From Pseudogymnoascus verrucosus (Eukaryota): a stretch of 64,000 bases of DNA. Positions 14,347 through 24,438 of the stretch are shown here, piece by piece (the first letter of the stretch is position 1; every line of letters begins with the position of its first letter). The translations under genes were made by a program, and so were the position numbers. The notes below the pieces were generated by a model. That model was not told the DNA's origin. It saw only the letters and a program-made list of their open reading frames with translations, and made no database searches. The DNA lies in the NCBI GenBank assembly GCA_001662655.1, contig KV460245.1, one strand, 5' to 3'.

Positions 14347-14584
14347 ATTGATTGACTTGTTCTGCGGCAGCGACGAGGTGGTGCTGCTGAAGGTTTCTCG
14401 TAGTGGCACAGGGGTGACGTTGAGAGTAGCTTTCGTCTAGCTAAGCGGAGCCTTCCGCGTCACTGGCGTGTCCTAAAGCCAGATTGTCGGAAACGCCAAC
14501 GCGAGCTGTCAGCCTCGTCTCGTGGTAGGAAGTTGTTTCGCGCGCGCCCTGAGACCAAAGACGAACAACAACAATTTAGAAGAT

Positions 14585-15471
14585 ATGGCGGACGCAAATG
14601 CGAAGATCACGGTGCATTCACTGTCAGGTATGTTATTTACAATTCAACCCCCCTCAAAACTGCACCAATTACCCCCATCCATCTCTCACACCCCAAGCTC
14701 CCAAGCTCCACCTGTCAAACCACCAAACTAACTCATTCCCCCAGACCTCAAAAACACCTCCGACGACGCAATCCCCAACTACCTCAATTCCCTCTCCTTC
14801 AAGCAATCGCACACGCTCTGCGACGTGCGCCTCGCGCTTGGCTACTCGGCCTTCGCCATCTGCGCCGCCTGCTTCTGCTGGGACTACAAGCTCGGCTTCG
14901 ACGATACGAAGTACTACAGCGCGGCAGCCGTCGCGCTTTACACGCTCCTGAATGGCGCGCTGACGCTGTGGGTTTGGCTTGTCGAGGGAGGGACGGTGTA
15001 TGTAGGGACTAGTAAGGCGGGCGATAAGGTAAGCTGTCTATCCCATCCCCATCACCCTCTCACCCACCTTCTCACTCACACTCCCACTCTCACTCTCACC
15101 CCAAAACCGAGCGCAAGCTAACACCACACCAGATCGCAATCTCCACCTCCACAAAAAAGCACACCCCAACCTACACCCTAACCATAACCTCTCAATCCCC
15201 CACCTCCCCCGCCGCCACAACCACCACCCTCTCCCGCCCCTTCGCAGACTGGTTCGACAGCGCAGGCCACTTCGTCGCCCTCCCCTTCCAGCAGATGCTC
15301 GCCGGAGCCGCTCCCGTGATAGGGAAGGCTGATCCCGGTAGGGCCGCGCTGGGGGTTAAAGGGAAGGAGGCGGAGGTGGCGGCGTTGAGGGAGACGGTGG
15401 AGGAGGCTGTCAGAGCTAGTGGGAGTGCTGTTGGTGGGGAGGGGGCGAGGGGGAGGAGGCAGAAGGCGTAG
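14585..15471 (+). CDS. SPC2: Signal peptidase complex subunit 2 (SPC25 family), 3 exons
   Basis: Spliced product MADANAKITVHSLS/DLKNTSDDAIPNYLNSL..DVRLALGY, two TM helices, then PFADWFDSAGHFVALPFQQML. Stop TAG at 15469-15471. Confidence 0.87.
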
Positions 15472-15689
15472 AGGGAGAGAGCATGTAGGTTTTAGAGATT
15501 GCGGGCTGGCGTTGAGTCAAGGAGAAGGGAAAATGGGTTGGGTTTGGGATTGGGGGTAATGCTCGCGCGGTCGGGGTTGGCTGGCGTGAAAGGGGGAGAG
15601 TTGTGTTGGCAGTTTTACAATTTATATGAAAGAAATCTGGACTCTGATGGGCTGTTCTGAAAATGAAAGATATGAGGGCGACGAAAGAG

Positions 15690-15740
15690 ATGCAATTGAC
15701 ACAAGCAATGCAATCGACCCAAGCAATGCAATCGACACAA
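15690..15740. repeat. 18-bp tandem repeat, about 3 copies (ATGCAATCGACACAAGCA)
   Basis: atgcaattgacacaagca / atgcaatcgacccaagca / atgcaatcgacacaa. Confidence 0.7.
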
Positions 15741-16082
15741 CAGATGACAATACGGGGTGGCCTATCGCCGTGTACCAGCCTTGCAACATGCTACACACGC
15801 GCTTAGAGACTTATCATAGGAAGGCTAACTTACCTAACAAAAGAGAGGAGGCGCCAACGTGAAAACGATGGATACTATTGCTCTATAGCATGCTATCTAA
15901 ACCTACCCAATACAGTGTTGGATGACGGGTGCATACAGGCGGGAGTGATCAGTGCAGTGATACGGGAGGTACTATCTGAATCCATGCAGACGCATTAAAG
16001 GCAGATATCTTTCACTGATACTAGGCAAGCAACAGGTCGACGCCATGGATGCTCGTGTGGCTATTCACGCAACAAAAAAATT

Positions 16083-16145
16083 ACATGCAACAGTAGGTAT
16101 TCGCTGGTGGTCACCCACCCAACTACTAATCTACCGATTTCAAGC
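16083..16145 (-). rRNA. 5S rRNA: 5S rRNA gene 1, 3' part (nt 57-119), interrupted by element 1
   Basis: Reverse complement reads GCTTGAAATCGGTAGATTAGTAGTTGGGTGGGTGACCACCAGCGAATACCTACTGTTGCATGT, the typical ascomycete 5S 3' half. It is followed by AA and a T7 Pol III terminator (16074-16080). Confidence 0.92.
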
Positions 16146-16286
16146 AAACACCTGGATATTACTTAAATCGGTGCCATCTGGCCTAGCGGGTGAGCCTCGC
16201 CGCCCTTACCCTTGTTTCGACCACCTCGACCATCCAAAAGTGGGTCCATTTTTGACGACGTGTTGCACTGCGACATTAGATGCACA

Positions 16287-16398
16287 CAGGTGAGCTGGGT
16301 GGGTAGGTGAGCATGGTGAGCAAGGTAAGCAGGGTGAGCAGGGTGAGCAAGGTGAGTAGGGTGAGCTAGATGGGTGAGGAAGGTGAGTATGGCTGAGC
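16287..16398 (+). repeat. Left subterminal array of degenerate 9-bp CAGGGTGAG repeats (element 1)
   Basis: caggtgagctgggtgggtaggtgagcatggtgagcaaggtaagcagggtgagcagggtgagcaaggtgagtagggtgagc... Confidence 0.85.
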
Positions 16399-16835
16399 TA
16401 GGGACATGGTATAAAGGGCTAGTCTCCCGCCTTCACATTTCAAGGTCCTCTTTCTACAACTTTGTATTTTTTTCAATATCTACTACAATAGGACGGAAAG
16501 CCCTTCCTCCTAAAGATCGGCTTGCTCTGGCACAGAAGCGAGGCTATTCTGCGTAGTTTTGTGGAGGCGTTTGGTATGGACCGTGCACATTGCGTCTCGT
16601 ATATGAGGCTGAGTTGACTCCTCTCGTTCAAAATCCTAGCATTAAGCTAGGCGTCCAATCGTCATTCAAATTTTCGATCCCAAATGGTATCTGGCACTTC
16701 CTCAAGATCGGTATAGCCGGTTACAGTGTCTCCCCCCTTGAAGTCTACAGCTAAACCACACGCTACGCTTCTGACGCACACCATCCTTCGTAACAGGCAT
16801 CATCTTTAACGTTTATATCACGCTCCCCGTGATAA

Positions 16836-18759
16836 TTAAATGCTAACCTTAATAACATCGGCAATCTTCTCTGCAATCGCATAAATCGTACTCGTCAAAT
16901 GCCCACTGACCTGGGTCGGGATAACACTTGCGTCAACAACCCTTACGTTCTGCGTCCCGTAAACCCTCAGCTCACTATCCACAACTCCGCCAAGCTCTCT
17001 TGACATCATAGCTGCCGTTCCTAGTGGGTGTGAATTCCCAGCAACTTGGTGAATGTCAGTAAGAAAAACGTCCCAAGAGAGGTAGGACACTAACAAGTGG
17101 TCTTCACCCAATTCGCCCATTGCTCATAAGAAGCATCTTTAGGCAATGCATCAAATCCAGGAGACGTCTCAGTTGCGAGACCTTGGATAGGAGGCGTTTC
17201 CCAGAATTTCCTTGTCCATTTCGCAATCGCTACTTGGACGTCGACGTCAAAGTCAACGAGGAAATAGTTTGGGTTTATGACCGGATATGCCAAAGGATCC
17301 GAGGAGCTAATATGCACGTTGCCTCTGGAAAAGGGCAGTAAAAGCCAAAATGCTGAAGCTACCAAACCGCTTGGACCTAAGCCAATACTGAAGGTTGTCT
17401 CGAGGATTGATTCTGCATCCACAACGCCGTTGTTAATTAATTCATATTGTATGCGGAAAAGTTGTTCCAACGATGATACGCTAATAGCATGATCGATTGC
17501 GACTGCAACTTTCTCAGCCCAAGCCGTTAAGTTGACATTTTTAGGCAGCGAGTCCAAAAAATCAGAAGCTGAACCGAAAGCTACGTATGGAATAGATCCA
17601 CTAAACGTTGTATTAGAAGACATGATAATCTGGCTGTTCGGTTGGTCTTGTAAATTTTCGCCGACGGCGGGGAGGTTGACCTTGACAGGAATTCCGGATT
17701 TATTTAGGATGCTTCTCACGTCAGTAAACTTGGTGTGTTTTTGAGGAGGCTTAACTACCTGGGATTTCCTATTCCTGAGAGCTCGAGAATGGCAGGAGAT
17801 CTTAATGAGCCGGCTGAGAGAATGACTTCACGTTTGGCATCAAGGGTAGTAACTGTGCCATCCGCAGCTGTTATTTCCACACCACCTGCAACAGCGCATT
17901 CGCTCGTGGACTCTCGCCAGGTAATCCTATTTGCAACTGTGTTTAGGAACACGTGAAGATTGGGCCTGCTTTGAACTGGGTAGTAATACGCTCTACCAGC
18001 ATCTTCTCGCAGGTTAGCATCCCGATTCATGGTACTCTGCCAAACAGTAAAGCCTCGAACATTGCCACCATTAACATCAAGACTCGTAGGAATGCCCAAA
18101 TTGTTCCATGCCTGTTCTACCACTTCGTGGTATGTGCCATTCAGCAGTCCAAAGCCATATCCTACATTTAGTGGACCTTTTTTGCCATGTTGTTGTGAAA
18201 CGTATGTTGCACCTGCTTCGACTTGAGCAGATGTGGGAGAATCGAACTGCTCGCTTTTTAGGTAATACGGGAACAGGTCGTCCCAACTCCATCCACTATT
18301 TCCAAGTTTTTCCCAAGCATCTATCTGAGCTTTCTCTGCGCGCACATATGTCATGCCTAGATTTGTTAGCGATCAACATTAGGGATGCTAAGATCATACC
18401 ATACCATTGATTGTGCTCGTTCCACCAAGAGCTTTGCCAGAGTGATATGCGATTTTTTGGTCTCCTGCATGAGTTTGATTGACAGATTCATATTGCCAGT
18501 CGATCGCGGTACCAAGGGCGAGCGTGAAGGAGTTTGGGTCCGTCACATTCGGATTGTTAATGACTTCACCGCCTGCTTCAATTACTGCGACAGTAACATG
18601 CGGAAACTCAGTAAGTCTATTGGCCAGAGTCAGGCCTGCTGTTCCACCGCCAACAATAATAAAATCAAACTCGGGTTCCAATGCGGCACAATGGGAAACT
18701 AGCAAAGCTGGTGCGACAAGGACAAATGCCCAAGTTCGAAAGTGAGTTGGAGCAATCAT
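16836..18759 (-). CDS. Secreted GMC oxidoreductase (glucose oxidase/dehydrogenase-like, AA3), 4 exons; cargo of element 1
   Basis: Signal-peptide-like N-terminus, [15 protein letters not shown] motif, [47 protein letters not shown] and catalytic HPLGTAAM and [13 protein letters not shown]. Three GT-AG introns all splice in frame. Confidence 0.92.
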
Positions 18760-18866
18760 AATAGAAAGGTTTAAAGTTGACAGTAGCGAGGTGGGCTACG
18801 GGAATTTCTTAAGATTATTATGGGGCAGTGCATGGGTTTTATAGTTCTTGACGATGACGAAACTAT

Positions 18867-18963
18867 TAATTCGGCCCTATCCTTTCTTTCAGGGAGTTGA
18901 AAGATAATTCGGCCCTATCCCTATCCCTGAAAGAAGGGATAGGGCCGAATTATCTTTCAACTC
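18867..18963. repeat. Nested inverted repeat: perfect 29-bp hairpin plus an overlapping 28/29 inverted copy
   Basis: 18894-18922 is the exact reverse complement of 18935-18963 (12-nt loop). 18867-18895 pairs 28/29 with 18924-18952. Confidence 0.9.
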
Positions 18964-19016
18964 AGTAATAAATGGGGTAACTTTTGAGACTAGTGTGCAT
19001 TTCGTAGGATTTTAGT

Positions 19017-19051
19017 GCCCTGCTCACCCTGCTCACCCCTCGCCTCACCCT
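19017..19051 (-). repeat. Right subterminal CTCACCCTG array (element 1), inverted relative to the left array
   Basis: gccctgctcaccctgctcacccctcgcctcaccct. Confidence 0.8.
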
Positions 19052-19122
19052 TCAGGCGGCAAGGGGCCGTGATTCCGCGCCATGCCTATTGGCACGATTG
19101 AGACCATTAGTCTGATGTTACG

Positions 19123-19183
19123 CAAGCTTGTGTATGGCAGAGCGGACGGGATGCCCAATTCTCTTGAGTCTATGGTCGTATGT
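19123..19183 (-). rRNA. 5S rRNA: 5S rRNA gene 1, 5' part (nt 1-61)
   Basis: Reverse complement reads ACATACGACCATAGACTCAAGAGAATTGGGCATCCCGTCCGCTCTGCCATACACAAGCTTG, with the canonical fungal 5S start and the CATCCCGTCCGCTC loop. Confidence 0.92.
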
Positions 19184-19752
19184 GGAAGATGAGGACGTAT
19201 CCATGCTTTTGAGGCGAGTGGACTTGCGTAGGATAGAGATGCAGGCTAGACTTCCCACACCCTTACCACCACTATTACTTGATCTTCGTTAGGACCAACT
19301 GGCCGTGAGTAGACGGCGGTGTAGTAGGGTATCATGTATGTATTCGTTATCCAGTTATTACTTTCTCTCTCGTTTTGCTCTTGTATGAACGAATAATGAG
19401 AATAGCAGCCTATATATACTAAAATCATTCCCAGGTTTAGACGACTGCACCAAGATACCATCACTTTAGCAGATAGAAAATAAACCCCCCCGTTAACACA
19501 GATGCTTTCGTCTGGCTATGAGGAAGTGCGATGCGGGGGGAGGGTGATTAATGAGTGAAGTGCGTTTGTATTCATATCTATCTATCTCCATTTATCATCC
19601 GGATATGCACCAGCTGTCTATCAAAACCGGCAAACGCCTCTCAATGCAACTTCCGAAAAATACCATCTATACCACTCCCGAAATAACCAATTTCTCTCCC
19701 ATATCTCTCTCAATCTCCATCCCAACCCCCCACCCCTCAATTCCCTTCCCAC

Positions 19753-22700
19753 TCAATTCCCCTCCCCCTCCCCAACCCTCCACCAAGCACTCAAACAATC
19801 CACCCCCCCCCTCCTAACCTCTCTCCCCCCATCCCCCACCACGGACCCCAACCCCCTCACCACCCCCCCTCTCAACCTCGCCACCACACTCACCTCCCAC
19901 ACCTTCGGCAAGATCTCCAGACATTCCAGCGCGCGCACCTTAACCTCCCTACTTTCCCTCCCCGTCGCACAAGCCAACAACCTCTTCACGAGCGCTGCGT
20001 CGTGTTCTTGTAATGCCTTCGGGCTGCTGGTAGCGGCGGAGCGGAGGACGGCGATGGAGGCTTTCTTTGTGGCTGCGGGGGAGGAATCCAGGGATTGCAG
20101 GAGGGGAGGGAGGAGGGAGGGGATGAAGGGTGTTATGTACTCCTCCGGCGCATGCCCCAACAATCCCGATAGCGCAACGAGGACATTTGTTTTTGTCGCG
20201 GCAGAAGTGGTAGGGGAGGAGAAGGTGGAGAGAAGGGCGGGGACAGCGGTGTGGAAGAGGCGCTGTTGTGCGAGGGGGCGGATGAGAGCGTGTTGGCGAC
20301 GCGTGAGAAGTGGTGAGGGCGCGAGGAGATGCGTGAATGCCTGTGCGGCCAACTGTCCCGTCGGCGCTGGTAGTTCGAGCGCGGATAAGAGGGCGGTGGT
20401 TAATTGCGTCGCAGCAGGCAACCCAGCGAGGAGAGAGGCGTGCGTGCACGTCGTCAAGGTTTGAATCGTCAACTTCGCCTCCTGCGCCGACAGCGAGGGA
20501 AAGGTAGTGAAAAGACCCAGGAGCTGTGCTGTGACAGCAGGAGTTAGAGCGGCGAATTTGTTGATCAGGAGGGAGAGGATGTCAAGCAGCGTGGAGCGCA
20601 AAGCCGGGGTGGAAGAGGTGGTGGCGAGGTAGGTGATGAGGTTTGTGACGGCGGCGGTGGTGTTGATGGTTAGGATGCGCTTTTTGACGGGAAGTGCTGC
20701 TGGTGGTGGGCTGGCGGCGACGACAGAGGCGGGCTTGGTGACGCGGTTGTCACGGCGTAGGGTGGCGAGGATGTATTTCGTCAGGGTTAGAGCGTGGAGT
20801 TTGTCGGCGGGGCCGGACAGGAGGTCGAACTGCGCATCAATGATGTCGATGCGCTTGGAGATATCAGTGTTGGCGGAGAGGTCATCGTCGACGGGGAGGT
20901 CGTCTGGTGAAGTGACGGCGACGCAGGCAGCGGTGAAATCATCGTATGCGACGCTCAACGCAAATGCCCTCTCAAAGATCCAGTACTGCTCCTCAAAGCC
21001 CATCCCGCAGGTGGCAGCCATGATGATCCTCCCCACGACGTCCAGGAAGGTATCGTCAGGCTGCACCTTGCCGCCTGCGGTTTCCAACTCACGGGTCCCG
21101 ACATACCACTTCTTTGAATGCACCTTGAGCGCCGCGGTGCGACGAAGCAGTTCATCAACAAGACTGCGATAGTCCTCCTCATCTCTCATTGCGACCTCAC
21201 CATTCTCACTCTGCGCCTGCCTCTGCTCGACAGCGTATAAGATCCCCGCAAGCACCAGGTGTGCGTACTTCTGCGACTCGTTCGCACGGAGGACAATATC
21301 CAATTTGCTCAGCAATCTCCGTAAGAGTGTGTCCATAATTCGTCCCCTGGAGCCAATATCACCCAACGCTTGCAGCACGGCGAGTTTGTCCGCAACAGTC
21401 TCCTCACCTTCCAAAACATCCGGCAACGAAGCCAGGAGCACAGGGAATGCCTGCTCAGTAACCAAACGGGTATATAGCACCGCACACTCCTGCAGTGCTT
21501 TGATGGCCTCTTTCCTCACAGGCTCTTTCAGATCCGCCGTCTCGAGCACAACGCCGGCCAAAAACTGGACATACGAGTCCAAACTCCCCTTCTCCAGGAA
21601 CTGCGGCAGCCTCAGCAGCTTCGCCAGGCCCTGCATGGCCGCAACGCGGAACTGCTTGTCATCGCACTGGGTATCCCTCGCGACGCCCATATACATCGCC
21701 GTCAGCTCGTCACGGTAGTACTCAAGTCCCTTGTTCGCGACGCCTACATCCGTTCCAGACTCAGACGCGCGATCGGCATCAGAGCTGATCCCGTCAATAA
21801 TCCCCACAGCGCTGAAGTCCCACTTATCCTGTCGTCTCAACGCCTCAAACTTGCCATCGAGAAGTAAATTGGTCGTCTCGACCACCGCGCGCTTATCGGC
21901 TACACTTGCATCTCGGCCGCTAAATTCTTTCAACAGCTCGGGGATCGCGGCGCGCATGACGAGGTGATACGCGAATGGCGATGCGGCGATGATGGAGGCC
22001 ATTATGGCACCAGCACTGGCGGAGTTTTTGGGCCCGTTCTCGCGCAAACGTGTCATGCACTCATCGACGATAGCGGCGACGTAGGTCTGCAGCACGGTGC
22101 CGACGAGGTTTTGGATGACGAGGTCGCCTGAGAGGCGGGCAGCGATGGCGCCGAGGACGTCCAGGGCTTTAGGGGCTTGAGAGTCGTCACTCGAATTAAA
22201 GATCTCGTATTTCAAGGCATCCCATAGAGGGCTGCTCCATTTGGAGACAGTGGTCGGGTGGTAGCGCTCGATGCACGCTTTCATAGTGAGTAGCACGTCG
22301 GCTTTGGCGTTGAGGCGATTCGGGTCGTCGAGGCGCTGGATGAGGTTTGGAAAGATGGAGGGCGCGAAGCCGCTATAGGCTGCGAAACATTTCCTCAATC
22401 TCAGTACCAGCTCGGGTGGATCGATGCTGGCGGGATCATTCTTCTTCGCCGAAAAGGTAATCGGAAAGTATCGCGAGAGCAATTCATAAAGATCTTCTTT
22501 GAGACTATCGATATCATCGATATCCCACTCCGCGAGTATCACCTCCACCATCGAGAAGATGAGCATCAGATTCCTCGGATCCCTCTCGCTCGCCGACAAC
22601 TCAATAAGCATATTAATGAAATCCACACCCGTGGCCTTCATCACATCGCGGTGTGCGCTCAGAAGCTCATCCAGCAGATTATAGACTTCGAACCTCGTCA

Positions 22701-23374
22701 TCACCGACATCTTGGTGAAGCCTCCCGGGGCGGCCTGGGCGGCATTGAAAACCTGAGAGACCAGCGTCGCTGCACGAGCGGCCTCAAAGCGCAACATTGC
22801 CACAAGATAGCGCAGGGATTGAACGGTCTCCTTGAAGCCGCTCGGGTCGAGGCCGAGGCGTGCCTCGACGAAATTGAAGAGGAGTCGCACTAGATGGTTG
22901 TGTTAGGTGAATTCCCCTCAGAGATAAGGAAGGATAAGGAGGAAAGGAAACTCACCATTCGATCGCGTCAGGGCGTCGGGTTTGAGACCGCGCAGGATGG
23001 CTGCGACGTACTCCATGGCTATTTGTTGTCAGCTCCGTGTTTCCCAATTCGAGATCGGGGTTCGGGGGGGTAGACGACGTACTTTGTGTCTTCTGCTCGT
23101 CGTCGTTCCCGAATAACGGATCACGCAGCGAGAGCACGACATCTCCTAGTTTGGTACTCCCATCTTCGAGTCCTGTGGTAATCAGATGTCAGCTTTGCTC
23201 CTTCTATCCATGTCACCCTCATCACCCCGGAGCCGGAGACACCCATGTCCTGCCTACCTCTCTAGAATCACAAAATCAAGCACACATACCTTTAACAACA
23301 CTCTCCACGATCTCTGTCCTCCTCTCCCCTTCAGGCGCCAACAGATACGCAGTTGCCGTCAGCGAGTCCTCCAT
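19753..23374 (-). CDS. MMS19: MMS19/MET18 cytosolic Fe-S assembly HEAT-repeat protein; short 5' exons approximate
   Basis: 1045-aa exon with ERDPRNLMLIFS, YFPITF, LRLRKCFAA, LWDALKYEI and C-terminal IRPLAQQRLF, LLPPLLQSLD, REVRRGGVDCLSAW. Upstream exons inferred from ATG 23374. Confidence 0.85.
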
Positions 23375-23737
23375 CTTGAATGTTGGTGGAGGTGACAGGC
23401 AAAAAGGCAGTTCAATGCTGTTGGACGAGGAAGTTTGGGTAATCGGAGTTATAGCGGAAGATGGTGGATTGGTGGGGCGGGGTTACTGCCGGCGTGGCGC
23501 TATGCCTGATGGGGTGGGCGGTGAGGAGAGGGGTCGTCGGCGAGGCGATGTCAGAATTGGGTGGGACAGACAGGCAGGGACCCATTTTCTCACATGTCGA
23601 GTAACCTCCCGCCGCCGTCTTCCGCGGCCTTCCGCCATAGCTATGATTTAAATTTACGAGGCGGCAGTTTACTATTAATGCTCATCGTAGCCATTCGGAG
23701 GGATTTTAATAGAGTTTTTATACAATGAAAAGGTATA

Positions 23738-23870
23738 TAATAAAGGTGATAGAAGGTGTGATAATAAATGTAATAATAAAGGTAGGAATAAATTAATAAG
23801 TAAAGTCAAATAATAAAGCTGATAATAAAGTCAATAATAAAGCCATTAATAAAGACAGTAATAAAGCCAA
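23738..23870. repeat. AT-rich degenerate repeat with about 12-bp period (TAATAAAG core)
   Basis: taataaagct gataataaagtcaataataaagccattaataaagacagtaataaagcc. Confidence 0.65.
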
Positions 23871-24171
23871 TTATATTAATCTCTTAATTAACTACTCAAT
23901 AAACTCATCTCTGCCCTTCCATCTCCCTCGTCCCCTTCCTTCATTATAACCACAAAACAAAAAGAAACATTTGCCGCAATAATGAGGCTCATGGCGTCCC
24001 TGCGGCCAGGCAATAGACAAAACCGTCTATTCCTCCAAAACGCCATTCCTCCCGCTAAACAGCGCCATTTATGCCGATTTCAAGTCTGATCACGTCCTAA
24101 AACGCGATCAGAATCTTACTTCCCTTCTCTTCTCCCTCAGGATCTCAAGATACAAAGAATGCTCAGAGCGT

Positions 24172-24438
24172 TTAATGCGGCCCCATAATATTCCCCCTCC
24201 CCGCCCCATACTTCTCCATCATCGCCTGAGTCGGCGTACGCGCCTCCTTTCTAATCGCCTCCTTCTCTGGTGATGGGCCAGAGAGGATTTTCTTTGTTTT
24301 TTGGAGGAAGGAGTCTTTTTTTGGTGAGGGTGTCTTAGAGGACGAGGATTGTTTGGCGTCGCGGATGGTGTCGGCGCTGGAGGCAGTGGTGGAGTAGGAG
24401 TAGGTGGATGAGGCGTAGGAGGTGCGTGGGGAAGGCAT
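24172..24438 (-). CDS. Small Ser/Lys-rich hypothetical protein (88 aa)
   Basis: ATG in a good context (accaaaATG), product MPSPRTSYASSTYSYSTTASSADTIRDAK..., codon usage like neighbouring genes. No family recognised. Confidence 0.5.
   Translation of the reverse strand: MPSPRTSYASSTYSYSTTASSADTIRDAKQSSSSKTPSPKKDSFLQKTKKILSGPSPEKEAIRKEARTPTQAMMEKYGAGRGNIMGPH

Larger units (their letters stand above)
16146..19122. mobile_element. Element 1: 2977-bp 5S-inserted non-autonomous cargo element carrying a GMC oxidoreductase gene
   Basis: Flanked by CAAGC direct repeats (16141-16145, 19123-19127). Removing the insert and one repeat restores a 119-nt 5S gene. Both ends are homologous to the ends of element 2. 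Confidence 0.88.

Noticed and set aside
16146..19122. The inserts as introns of the 5S genes
   Set aside because: On the 5S sense strand they lack GT-AG ends and group I features. They are about 3 kb, carry protein genes and are bounded by direct repeats.
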